NCBI RefSeq assembly: GCF_006345805.1
Contig: NC_042998.1
Span: 14,446,001-14,510,000, forward strand
Source of the DNA: Octopus sinensis
Lineage: Eukaryota
Reading direction: 5' to 3'
Length of the DNA stretch: 64,000 bases
Of this stretch, positions 1-11,578 are shown in pieces. The position numbers were made by a program, and so were the translations under genes. The notes below the pieces were generated by a model that saw only the letters and a list, made by a program, of their open reading frames with translations, made no database searches and had not been told where the DNA came from. How positions within the stretch are numbered: position 1 is the first letter of the stretch; each line of letters begins with the position of its first letter.

Positions 1-24
1 ATGTTTGACTTTTGGTTTGCATTC

Positions 25-65
25 GTAGCCCACGCTCTTAACCACTGCGCCATATGCCCACGGAC

Positions 66-131
<66 letters not shown>

Positions 132-260
132 TAACATCGAAAAATACCTTGCGAATGAGAACCTAGGTTCGAAATTTCACCCAAGACACCTGATGAAGGC
201 TAGAGGGTATATCCGCCGAAACATTTGACAAATATTCGTCAAATGGAAGTAATGTATTAT
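25..260. mobile_element. Family H (tRNA-like head + Penelope-like hammerhead module), divergent arrangement, decayed
   Basis: 25-59 is the reverse complement of a tRNA-like head (GGGCATATGGCGCAGTGGTTAAGAGC). After (AAT)n the plus strand reads AACATCGAAAAATACC...CAAGACAC-CTGATGA-AGGCTAGAGGGTATATCCGCC-GAAAC, homologous to 2750-2875 and 30828-31076. Confidence 0.6.
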
Positions 261-262
261 TA

Positions 263-316
<54 letters not shown>

Positions 317-569
317 GATCAATAAAATAAGACGTTTTTAGTAGACAAATGTTAGGTTTGCTGTAATAACATATGATAATGTGCGCATACTGAAAATATT
401 AGCAGCTATAACATTTGTTACCAACGAATCCTAAATTAATGGCTGTAGAACATATGATAAATATATATATCAGAGAGACATATCATATGATTACAGGTTT
501 TCGAAAGTTGAACAACACTTCTGAATTGATAGATTCTTTCAAGTATCTACAACTAAATTTATTCATAAA

Positions 570-1378
570 TCTATAATAATAAAGGCGAAATTCTATTTGT
601 CCGTCTGCGACCTCTGTAACTCGGCCTAAATTTGCGCTACATAGACATTATACCATTTTTGAATCTGGACGATCTCGGGACTTGAACATCCAGTATCATT
701 GGTTCTTGAACATCCAGCATTATTTGCTTCTTGAATATCCAGCATTGTGATCTGATTTAAAAGCATTTAGGTTGCTACTTCTAGCAAGGGGAAGCTTGGC
801 TGTTTCACACCATCTTGCTGACGCTTGTCAGATGACGTCAGAGATCAAGAAGGTTTGTTAATTTTACGTCGAGATAAGAACTTTGGAACAAATTGACCAA
901 GAGTTGGAATTCAACTTGGGACTGGTGCAATAGGAGGAATTACAACCATGTTTCGTGGTCTGCTACCACAACAGCTCCTTTATAGGATCCAGTTAGCTCA
1001 ATACATCATCAGGAGGAACCACGTCCGGTTTCGGCCCCTACTCCTCTACCGTTTTGACACGGCAGGGCCCCCCTACTTTTGAAGGTGTCTTCAGCTCTGG
1101 TGTTGGGTGCATGTCTTCTTTCTTCTTCTTTCTTCTGTTCCCTGGCCTCTTCGATGTATCGTCAGCTAGTGTCAGCCGGTGACTGACTGTCTTGTCAAAT
1201 TTTTCTCTTTAAATACCTGCCGCATAGGCTCCAGCAGGCAGCCCCAGCAATTATAGAATGAATCCATCCTTGACCTCTGATCAAACACTACCGGGGTATA
1301 TAGTCATTATAGACGTATTATGGTCATGCTATTTAGCTCCCTTTAGTGAGGAGCTAGGTTAAAATTCCGCACGGAGTA
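570..1378 (+). mobile_element. Putative non-autonomous Helitron-like element (3' end lost in the gap)
   Basis: Starts A|TCTATAATAATAAAGG...TGTCCGTCTG, a Helitron-type 5' end. Has a TAGCTCC/GGAGCTA hairpin near 1335-1357. Homologous (inverted) to 34465-35157 and, for 940-1210, to 27220-27495. Confidence 0.5.
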
Positions 1379-1478
1379 NNNNNNNNNNNNNNNNNNNNNN
1401 NNNNNNNNNNNNNNNNNNNNNNNNNNNNNNNNNNNNNNNNNNNNNNNNNNNNNNNNNNNNNNNNNNNNNNNNNNNNNN
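1379..1478. other. Assembly gap (100 N)
   Basis: Exactly 100 consecutive N; true distance across the gap is unknown. Confidence 0.99.
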
Positions 1479-1642
1479 TTATTATTATATTATTATATTA
1501 TTATTATTATTATTATTATTATTTTATTATCATCATTATTGTTGGTGTTGTTGTTAGTATTGAGTGAATGTCTATGTTCGCATGTGTGTGCACGTACGTT
1601 AGTTCATAAGGTAATATATATATACATACACATATTATATAA

Positions 1643-1682
<40 letters not shown>

Positions 1683-2197
1683 TACTATTCAATTGTGTTT
1701 TATGTATATGTGTATGGTGGCTCTGGTGTTGAGTAGTTTTCTGATCTAGAGAGGAAATATTTATTATCATACCTATATCTACATGTATATGCATACAGTA
1801 TATGAATATTTTATGCGTGTACTAACCTATATAAGTTCGCACGTGCGTATGTGTGTGTGCAAGCAAGTAATATAAGCACACACGTATATATATATATACA
1901 TATATATACACATACACAAACGCGCATGCACACAGAGACGCATGCACATACACACCACACACAAAACACACACTCAACATACACATACACGCACATACAT
2001 ACACCTACTTCAAACTGCCAGTGAAACACCTTTCTACTGACCATTCATTTACGCACATGTGAAGACGCATACAACCACGCAAAAGACCACCACTCCTGTA
2101 ACCATGCCGCTGAATTCTTCCTGCGAAATTAAGAGACACAATGTCCACTCACACATACACATATAATCAGCCAACACCACACAAACACCAGACACAC

Positions 2198-2238
<41 letters not shown>

Positions 2239-2401
2239 TTGAGCGCACGTACATACACACAGATACGTCTCTTACACTCTCCTGTCTTAGAAAGTACTTT
2301 TTCTTCACCCATTCCATTCCGGTTTATTTCAAAATGTAACCACATGTAGATCGATTTTTTTCTTCCGTGTTCCATTTCTCTTGAACTTTCCTCCGTCTCC
2401 T

Positions 2402-2436
2402 GTTTCTGACGAAGAGCTTTGCTCGAAACGTAAAAC
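2402..2436 (+). ncRNA. Minimal type-I hammerhead ribozyme motif (Penelope-like repeat)
   Basis: GTTT-CTGACGA-A-GAGC-TTT-GCTC-GAAAC-GTA-AAAC: stem I GTTT/AAAC, intact core, stem II GAGC/GCTC, palindromic ACGT stem III, GUA cleavage triplet. Confidence 0.75.
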
Positions 2437-2516
2437 TAACTTTCTTTCCTTTCCTGAGAGTCTGCCAATACTCCTGAGAGTCTGTTAATACGAGGTACTA
2501 GCAGACTCCTAAGTGA

Positions 2517-2552
2517 CTGGGTTCTCATTCCTATTTTTCGATGTTATTATTA

Positions 2553-2592
<40 letters not shown>

Positions 2593-2668
2593 GTCAGTGT
2601 TCAGGTCACTGCTTGGACTCGAACTCGGAATTATTAGCCCGCGCTCTTTACCATTACGCCATATGCCC
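2517..2668 (-). mobile_element. Family H 5' part: tRNA-like head, (AAT)n and start of body
   Basis: Minus strand has A box TGGCGTAATGG, B box GAGTTCGAGTCC (2615-2626), (AAT)n, then AACATCGAAAAATAGGAATGAGAACCCAG. Confidence 0.6.
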
Positions 2669-2749
2669 GTGGGCAATTATGGATTGAAATTTAGGGCTCA
2701 TAAATCTAATATTTTTCTATCCTTCCTTAATACTGGTTCACTAACAATG

Positions 2750-2875
2750 ATAATGATAATAACATCAAAAAATACCTTAGGAATGAGAACCCAGGTTAGA
2801 AATTTCCCCCCAAGACACAAACAAGATGAGGACAAATATCCGTCGAATGCATGTAATGTAAATAGTTATGATTTT
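2750..2875 (+). mobile_element. Family H body with hammerhead core deleted
   Basis: AACATCAAAAAATACCTTAGGAATGAGAACCCAGG...CAAGACAC is joined directly to AAACAAGATGAGGACAAATATCCGTC; the CTGATGA...GAAAC block seen at 190-222 and 30915-30947 is absent. Confidence 0.6.
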
Positions 2876-3007
2876 ATTCGGCAGATTTGCCTCTGAAATT
2901 TACATACTTATTGCAGTGAACCTTCAGTTTTCTGAGCCCTCTAGAAAAGCTCGAAAGGTTGGGCCTCCAGCGAGGTCTTTCAAGATACCCTTAAAGCTAG
3001 ACAGTGA

Positions 3008-3391
3008 AGGCGCAATGGCATAGTGGTTAGGGCAGCAGACTCGTGGTCGTACAATCATGGTTTCCATTCCCAAACAGGACGCTGTGAGCGTTTATTCAGC
3101 GAAAATACTTAAAGCTCCACGAGGCTCCAGCAGAGGGTGGTGGTGGCGAACCCTGCTGTACTCTTTTGCCACAACTTTCTCTCACTCTTTCTTCTGTCTA
3201 TTTCTGTTGTACCTGTATTCCAAAAGGGCCAGCATTGTCACACTCTGTATCACGCTGAATCTCCCTGAGAACTACGTTAAGGGTACATGTGTCTGTGGGA
3301 GTGCTCAGTCACTTGCACGCTAATTTCACGAGCAGGCTGTTCTGTTGACCGAATCATCTGGAACCTTCATCGTCGCAAGCGACGGAGTGCC
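3008..3391 (+). mobile_element. tRNA-derived SINE, family C
   Basis: A-box-like TGGCATAGTGG, decayed B box; full-length homology to 4438-4836 (inverted) and to 34915-35072. Confidence 0.8.
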
Positions 3392-3563
3392 ATAACTTTT
3401 ACATACTATCAGGAACATATAAGGTGCATGCATACACATATATCCACAGAGATGACCTTGAAATGTCTCAGATAACGACATATAACAAACAGTTCACTTT
3501 TGCATTCATTATTTATGATATTTACGTTTAAACTACATAAGAAATAATACGAACACATAATAC

Positions 3564-3601
<38 letters not shown>

Positions 3602-3729
3602 AAGAGAAAGAGATTGATAGATGGAGAGAGAAAGATAGATAGATAGAGATGGAGAGAGAGAGATAGGGATATATATATATATATATATATATAGAAAGAG
3701 AGAGAGACAGAGATAGCTAGCTAGCTAGC

Positions 3730-3763
<34 letters not shown>

Positions 3764-3772
3764 ATATAGATG

Positions 3773-3834
<62 letters not shown>

Positions 3835-3840
3835 CAGATC
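3564..3840. repeat. Compound (GATA)n/(GA)n/(TA)n microsatellite
   Basis: Directly visible tandem tetra- and dinucleotide runs. Confidence 0.95.
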
Positions 3841-4437
3841 ATATCTTAAGTGATAATTGCATGGAGGTTTGGCGGCGGGTGGGGAGCGACGCCGGAGCTC
3901 AATAAATGTCAAATACGTTTTTTCTTTTTAATAATTATTTCGCCTCTAGCAAAATAAATCCTTATTTTCAATAATACTGTTGTGTAATCTAGTCAACTGT
4001 GTTGATATACGGATTACATCAGCTGTCAACTCCTCTTGATGTTGTTGCTAGTTTGTCTTTTTTTGTTTTGTTTATAGGCTTCTTCTTCTTCTGCAGTGTT
4101 TTCTTTTTCCTCTTATCGTAGTAGTGGTAGTGGTAGTAAGAGGAATGTCGAAATGGTAGGTTATTATTTATTTATTTTAGTTGCTTAATATCTTTCATTC
4201 GGTTGTTCTGGTAGTTGATACCTTCTCATTCTCCATATTCTTGAGTGGTTAAAAGTCATTTTTTTTTCTTCTCCTTTTTATGTATTTATATATTTTTGTC
4301 TTTGTTATTTCGTGTTTTTTGGGGTTTTTTTGCTTCGTCTTGTTTATTTGCTTGTCTACTCGTTTATTATTATTATTATTATTATTATTCTTTTTTTCAG
4401 CATTTATGTGTTTACTCTGTCAATTTATGAAGGATCT

Positions 4438-4836
4438 TCTTCTCTTCTTCTTAAGCACTCCGTCGGTTACGACGATGAAGGTTCCAGTTGATCCAATCAA
4501 CGGAACAGCCTGCTCGTGAAATTAACGTGTAAGTGGCTGAGCACTCCACAGACACGTGTACCCTTAACGTAGTTCTCGCGGATATTCAGCGTGACACAGA
4601 GAGTGACAAGGCCGGCCCTTTGAAAATACAGGTAGAACAGAAACAGGAAGTAAGAGTGAGAGAAAGTTGTAGTGAAAGAGTACATCAGGGATCACCACCA
4701 TCCCCTGCCGGAGACTCGTGAAGCTTTTAGGTGTTTTCACTCAATAAACACTCACAACGCCCTGTCTAGGAATCGAAACCGCGATCCTACGACCGAGAGT
4801 CCGCTGCCCTAACCACTGGGCCATTGCGCCTCCACC
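4438..4836 (-). mobile_element. tRNA-derived SINE, family C, with 13-bp target-site duplication
   Basis: A box TGGCCCAGTGG, B box GGTTTCGATTCC, short AAG-rich tail; TTATGAAGGATCT is repeated at 4425-4437 and 4837-4849. Confidence 0.85.
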
Positions 4837-5537
4837 TTATGAAGGATCTACCTTACTGATATCCAAAGAATACCTCGAATAAAAGACGTTAAATTTTGTA
4901 TTTTTAGAGACAGATAGACGGATAGATTGAGGAAAAGGAAGAAGAGGAATGAAAAGAGAGGGAGAAAAAAGAGAGGGGAAAGAGAGAGAATGTAATGGAA
5001 AGTGCTATCGTATACTGGGATTAAATTAAGGATCTTTCGAGGACGGGGCTAGTCATTAGCCTGGTCGGCATTTTATCATTTTGGTATTCCAGTATATAAA
5101 GTACTCACTAGAGAAGTATTGAAGCCTATTTTCTCCTCCCCATCTCCTCCTCTCTCCCTCTCTCTCTCGATTTCTCTACCGCTCCCCCTCCCCCTCCCTC
5201 TCTCTCTCTCTCTCTCTATTTATCTATCTATCTATCTCTCTCTCGATCTCTGAATACGCTACACGAATGGGCTAAGAAACGAATGTTCGTATTTCTACCC
5301 CCAAAGTCGTGGACACAGGGAAGAAAGAAAGAAAGAAAGAAAGAAAGGAGAGAGTTCGTTTTTTTCTTTTTTATTTCTTTCAGTCATTTGACTGCGGCCA
5401 TGCTGGAGCACCGCCTTCTGGGCTAGTGGCGCAGATTGGCTGGTAATATGCCATACGGTTTCACCATCTTATCCACAGATTCTGCACTTATCACTTACTG
5501 ATATATTGTCTATTTTGTATTTTATGTAGTTTGTTCT

Positions 5538-6040
5538 TTGAGTGAGAGAGCAGAGCATGCCATCAAAGTGACACTGGGGTAAAATATACGAAGCCCAGTA
5601 TACACACCATGTCTATCCGTCTGATAAGGGTACACCGGGTACATGCATCACAACCATATGTGCACGACATGGTGATCTCATATTAAGATAAACAGCGCAT
5701 GACCTTGCAGGTGGGGGCCCAGTTAGAATTTTCTTCTGGTCGAGTAACCCATCCCGCTCAAAAGGTCCCTGAATAAGGACTGTTTAAGGATATTGAACGA
5801 ACCACCTATGTTTCCAAAGGTGAATTATTCAAACCTCTAAGAATTCCTTTCAACACATGGCTATGATGCTCCCCCACTACTTCTGCTCGTGATCAGAGAT
5901 GCACATATCGTCATCCACTAAGGGACATGGTCAACTGGTTACGGTCAAACAACTGACAAGCAAATCTGTGGTATTGAGCAGAATATTTGCTGTAATCCAC
6001 CTTTTATACCAAGACAAAACAATGTAGATGATAACACTTC
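5538..6040 (-). mobile_element. Family D: 5'-truncated retroelement 3' end (about 500 bp)
   Basis: Shares a constant end (...GCATGCACTGCTCTCTCACTC) with 6064-6245 and 18803-18990 and has a variable opposite end, as expected for LINE 3' ends. Orientation is inferred from the (AAT)n tails of the other two copies. Confidence 0.6.
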
Positions 6041-6063
6041 TATTATTATTATTATTATTATTA

Positions 6064-6245
6064 TTGAGTGAGAGAGCAGTGCATGCCATCAAAGTGACAC
6101 TGGGGTAAAATATACGAAGCCCAATATACCCATCATGACTACCCATCTGATAAGGGTACACCAGGCACATGCATCACAACCATATGTGCGCTACATGGTG
6201 ATCTCATATCAAGATAAACAGCACATGACCTTGCAGGTGGGGCCC
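6064..6245 (-). mobile_element. Family D short copy inside (ATT)n
   Basis: Homologous to 5538-5720 and flanked by ATT repeats on both sides. Confidence 0.65.
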
Positions 6246-6319
6246 TTATTATTATTATTATTATTATTATTATATTATTATTATTATTATTATTATTATT
6301 ATCATTATTATTATTATTA

Positions 6320-6400
<81 letters not shown>
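6246..6400. repeat. (ATT)n microsatellite (tail/target of the Dong-type LINE)
   Basis: About 150 bp of ATT repeats. Confidence 0.95.
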
Positions 6401-6402
<2 letters not shown>

Positions 6403-8333
6403 TATGTTTGACTTTTGCTTTATATTTGTACAAGTTGGCTCCAAGTCCCCCAGAGACCTCAAGAGACAACAGGGTTGGAAGTTCATGTTGTTGTTATGCC
6501 TAGTGTGCCATATATTTGTGGGGTGGGGATGTTGTACTAATGAATGTCTAAAAAAAAAGGTTTTTTTTTTTTTTTTTTTTTTAAACCGAAAATTATGTTT
6601 GTTTTAACTTGAGATTACATAGAGAGTATTTTGCGTAGGATATGAGCAGTTCCCATGAGCACTATCTTTTGAACTTCTGCCATTTTTGGGTTTCGTGGTA
6701 TCTGAGTTAGGTAGCTATCAGCCCCTTTTGCTATCATTCCCAGGGCACCTATGACAACAGGTATTGTTTTAGTCTTCAGCTTCCACATTTTGCTGATTTC
6801 TATTTCAAGATCTTTATATTGCTCAGTTTTTGGTAGGTCTTGACAGATACGTTTATATCGATTGGGACAGTCATATCAATGAGGAGGCATGTTCTTTGTT
6901 TGAAGTTTTCAATATGATGTCTGGCCTATTTGCATCTATCTTCTGTCAGTTTGAATGGTGAAGTTCCAGAGGAGTGAGATGTGGTCATTTTCAAGCACTG
7001 GGGGTGGTTTGTGTTCCCACCAGTTTTTTTCATGGGGCAAATCCAGGTTTTTACAGATTACCCAGTGAATATATTGTGCAGCTCTATCGTGCCTGTTGAG
7101 ATACTCTGTAGGCGCTAGAAGACTGCACTTGGAGACCACATGGTCAATGGTTTCATTTTGTTGCTTGCATACACGACACGTTGGACTGCTTCTGATCTTT
7201 AATATGTTGGGCTGGTAGTGTTCTTGTTCTTTGGTAGGCATTGATCTTGAGCTGCTATGATAAACCCCTCTGTTTCAGATTTTAAGCCAGAGGCCATTAG
7301 CCATTGATGGGTCAGGGCTTTGTCGATATCTGCATTATTCGCTCTCTTTGGGTATTTGCCATAGAGAGGTTTTTCTTGCCATTTATTATTCAGAATATCT
7401 AAGGCCGCAGTTTTGGCACGGGTTTTCATGCGCCTAGCTTTTTCTGTGCTTGTTTCTTGTATATCTATCTCTAATTCCGAAATTGGTTGTATTCGGAATT
7501 CACTTAGATATTCCTTTGCCTGTTTTGTGACTGAGTATGATGCTTTCTTGTTTTCATGTTTTGAGACAAGTTTTAGCATCCAGTCCTCAGAGTTTTTCAG
7601 GTAGGTGTCTAGGCCAATTGTAGCAATCTTCATTGTTATTGCCAGTTGCAAAAGACCACGGCCTCCCTCTTTTCTTGGCAGATAGAGTCGTTCTGTATCT
7701 GCCTTAGGGTGGTGCATTCTATGCATTGTCAACAGTTTCCTTATTTTTCTGTCGAGCTGACATATTTCAGTAATTGACCAGTTAACAATATTGAAACTGT
7801 AAGTCACGACTGGTATAGCTAATGCATTGATTGCTTCGATCCTGTTTTCTTGCATTCAGCTCTGTCTTGAGTATTGCTCTCACTCTTCGATAGCATTCTC
7901 TCCTGATCCTTTCCTTCATCTCTGAATGCCTTATTCCGTTCCCTTCAATTATCCCTAGGTACTTGTAGCTCTCCGGGATCTAGTTCTTTTATGACATTCT
8001 GTTGGTCAAGGTTAACGTTAGATGTTTCTGTCATTTTTCCTTTGATAAAGGTAGCCTTTGCACATTTATCGAGGCCGAATTGCATTCTGATGTCGTCACT
8101 GAATTGTTTGACTATCGCTAGTAAGCCCTTGAGTTGTTGATCATTTTTTGCAAAAAGCTTTAAATCATCCATGTAAACGAGATGATTTATATTTTTATCA
8201 AACATTTTATACCCCTACTGCGCATCATTGAGCAGCTTTGAGAGAGGTATTAAGGATAAACAAAAGAGGAGTGGTGACAGTGAGTCACCCTGGAAAATGC
8301 CACACGAAATTTTTACATCACCAGCATTTAGGG
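6401..8333 (-). mobile_element. 5'-truncated R4/Dong-clade non-LTR retrotransposon (RT + CCHC + restriction-like endonuclease)
   Basis: Minus-strand translation gives GIFQGDSLSPLLF, NHLVYMDDLKLFAK, ERLYLPRKEGGRGL, CRVCKQQNETIDHVVSKC...RHD, RPDII...LIDMTVP...KYKDLE and GTAHILRKILSM*. A ~210-bp 3' UTR follows; (TAA)n lies on both flanks. Confidence 0.9.
6615..8333 (-). pseudogene. Disrupted ORF of the Dong-type LINE
   Basis: Split across frames (track ORFs 7945-8205, 7199-7855, 6936-7241), with an in-frame TAG just upstream of the YMDD segment and several frameshifts. Confidence 0.85.
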
Positions 8334-8364
<31 letters not shown>

Positions 8365-9593
8365 TATATTATTATTATTATCTATTCATTATCATTATCA
8401 TTATTACGACTTGGAAAGTTACCTGAATTTTACACGTGTCTGAGGAACAATGAGATAATTAATCGCAAACCTCTCAAGGAGAAATTCAACTGGGACCAAG
8501 CAGATAAACATCTATCGTCGAGAACGACTGAGAACTCAGCGGGTATTCTCAAATTTCGCAATACCAGTGAAATCAAATAGCCTCCATCGACCTTTGTGTG
8601 GGGTCTCATCGCTTTGGTTTGGTTTGACAGCTCAAGATAAGGAGCTGGAACAAACAAAAGCTAAGATATAAACTCTGAAGCAGTTCTCTCCCCTGAAGGA
8701 AAATTTTCACCCTTTCCGCCATCTTACAGTAGTCACTCTCTCCCCCTCTCTTTCACTCTCTCCCTCTCTCTCTTTCTCTTATGTGTTCCCTCTCTTACAC
8801 TTTCTCCCTTGTGTTCTCTCTCTTTCTCTCGTAAGCAACAATAAGCAGTAGCAGCTGCGGTCACCGGTCAACTAGCCACGTTCTTAATTGTTATTTGCCA
8901 ACAGGCCCCATGGATTGTTATTCATTCAATTTAGTTGATTTTGTTCTTGTCATTGCTCTTGGTATTGTTATTCTTGTTCTTGATACTGTTGATGTTGTTG
9001 TTACTGCTATAGTTACCAATGCTGTTTGCAAGATCATAGAACATCCCTCATAGAGCCATCAAATACACAGAATCCCTCGTGAACTTGACTTTGAACAACT
9101 AGTGTTATACAGAACAAAGTGTTTTACATATTTCAGTATTTGTTTTATATCTTCATACGCAAACAATAGCGTGCTTGGCGTTAGTTTACCAACGAGGCAA
9201 TCACCTGGTTCATTGAGTTTCTAACGGTGAGATTGACAAGGGAGAGTTACGATTTCCCGAGGGGCTTCGCTTGGAATGCACCTTTTTCTTCTTTCCTTTC
9301 CTTTTTTTTGCTTTTATGATTGATTTTTTTTTTGGTTTATTTCTTTGGTTTTTCTTCCTCAAATATTGACATCTTGTCCGATATACATCAGTGGAAATAT
9401 ATATTTACACGTACACGCAAGTGCACACAGAGGCATATACACACCTATATATGCAGACGCACACACACATCACATTAACAGGCACAAAGGTGCATGAATA
9501 TAAACACACTTGCAACATACAACATATAAGCATATTAGCGTATACATGAATCCGTGTTCTTGATTTTTTGCTTAATTAGAGCGGTAAAAATCC

Positions 9594-9749
9594 AGGAGTG
9601 GCTGCGTGGTAAGTAGCTTGCTTACCAACCACATGGTTTCGGGTTCGGTCCCACCGCATGACACCTTCTGCAAATGTATTTTACTATACTCTCGGGCCAA
9701 CCGAAGACTTGTGGGTGGATTTGGAAAACGGAAACTGAATGAATCCCGT

Positions 9750-9784
<35 letters not shown>

Positions 9785-9835
9785 CTGTGTTTGTTCCTCC
9801 ACCACCGCTTGACAAAACTTCTCTCTCTTTCTCTC
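9594..9835 (+). mobile_element. tRNA-derived SINE, family B (5' half)
   Basis: GGAGTGGCTGCGTGGTAAGTAGCTTGCTTACCAACCACATGG head, decayed B box, internal (TA)/(TG) tract; homologous to other B copies. Confidence 0.75.
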
Positions 9836-9879
9836 TCTCTCTCTCGAACATCATTTCTCGATCTTCATTACTTGACTTA

Positions 9880-9931
9880 CACACACACACACACACACAC
9901 ACATATATTATTATATATATATATATAATAC

Positions 9932-10016
<85 letters not shown>

Positions 10017-10053
10017 ATATATATATATATACATGTATATATATTACCATATA

Positions 10054-10119
<66 letters not shown>

Positions 10120-10200
10120 TGTATAATATATACATATAATATATATAATATATCTATATATATATATACATATATATATATATAATATATATACATATAT
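9880..10200. repeat. (CA)n/(TA)n microsatellite
   Basis: Directly visible; source of several artefactual YI-rich ORFs. Confidence 0.95.
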
Positions 10201-10718
10201 TGTTATGGTATATTCTATTAAGAAAGTAGTAGAATGCAGTACAAAGCACGTCCACCTTCTGCTGTTCAGTAGGAATATTATACGCTCTTCCAGGATTTTT
10301 CAGTTATATATATATATACATATACATTGCCAGCATATATACAGATAGACACCCCAGAATTTGTGAGTTGAAAATTTTAAGGAATATCACGAAACACACT
10401 CATAAAGCTATATATAATGGCGTGTAAATAGACGAAGCCTGCTTTCGACATTTTCTTTCCAAAATGGTTTTTCAGACCAATATTTACAAGCTATTATTTA
10501 TGGCTTCATTTGTGTGTTTTGAGATACTCCCAAAACGAATATATTTTGGTCTAGGCGCATGCGTGGCTGCGTGATAAGAAGCTACCTCCCCAATCACATG
10601 GTTATGGGTTCCAGTTGCACCTTCGACAGGTATCTTATACTTTAGCCCCGGGCCGATCAAGGCATTGTTAGTGGATATTAGTAACCAGAACGTGAAAGAA
10701 GCCTGTAGTGTGTGTGTT

Positions 10719-10755
<37 letters not shown>

Positions 10756-11047
10756 AAAATGAAATCAAGAATTAATTAATTATGAGAACATTTGGCGCGC
10801 TGGAACGAGGGCATTTGAATATAACTAGGAATATAATATGCCGTACTGCTCGTGTTTTTGACCTCATGTTAAGATATGGCGTGCGGTTCGACAAATTATA
10901 TTTTTGACGGACTCCACTGATGTTTACTTGTTTTTCTTTTCGGATTATGGCTGCTGTTGCTTAGTGAGTGGGATTGACTCAGTGCACAGCCTTTCCTCAC
11001 TTTTAAAAAAGTCTTCTTGCACAGGCATTGCATGATAACAACATTGA

Positions 11048-11091
11048 TTAAGCTTTGTGCAATGGCCATACTCGATAACGAGGGGGAAGCC
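11048..11091 (+). mobile_element. Short 3' tail of an RTE-like LINE
   Basis: TTAAGCTTTGTGCAATGGCCATACTCGATAACGAGGGGGAAGCC nearly matches 49834-49877, which follows an RTE-type C-terminal ORF. Confidence 0.5.
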
Positions 11092-11094
11092 ACC

Positions 11095-11129
<35 letters not shown>

Positions 11130-11130
11130 G

Positions 11131-11578
11131 TTAAGGTAAGTTAATTTTTTGGCTCAAAAAGCAAAAAGCAAGGCCATGTAGGGGGACATGGAGGTATGTA
11201 CAGGGAGGGTGTTCATGCAAAGAGTTCAGGCCATTTCTGGTCAAGAGAGACTTTGAACCGAGCGGTTGTCGGCATCGTCACTATGTCGTCCGGCAGCTTA
11301 TTCCACAGATCCGCAACCCGGACGGAGAAAGCCCCTCTCCTTCGATTGAGATGAAATCGTCGCAGATAGAGCTTTTCGGAGTGACCCCGCAGCCGATGCT
11401 CAGGAGCAGGAGTGAAGAACAGCTCTTTCGAGAGGTTACACTTTCCGCTTATGATGTTGTGAGCAAGAATGAGATCACCACGGCGTCATCGTTTTTCTAG
11501 AGAATAAAGTTCGAGCGTCTTCAGCCTTTCTTCATAAGACAAATGCTTGAGACCAAGAACCATGCGGGTAGCCAGCTT
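11131..11578 (-). mobile_element. CR1-clade LINE 3' fragment
   Basis: KLATRMVLGLKHLSYEERLKTLELYSLEKR*RRGDLI...LRGHSEKL...FSVRVADLWNKLP (CR1 ORF2 C-terminus), short 3' UTR and TTAAC-type tail. Confidence 0.85.

Noticed and set aside
3008-3080. SINE heads (families A, B, C, E, H) as tRNA genes
   Set aside because: They have A/B boxes but no closable acceptor stem or proper cloverleaf, and they continue into family-specific bodies.
8430-9230. Unique GC-richer region with a CCGCCATCTT (YY1-like) motif and a possible AG...GT exon at about 9137-9226
   Set aside because: All three frames of the putative exon contain stops, the peptides are unrecognisable, and a single short motif is not enough to call a promoter.
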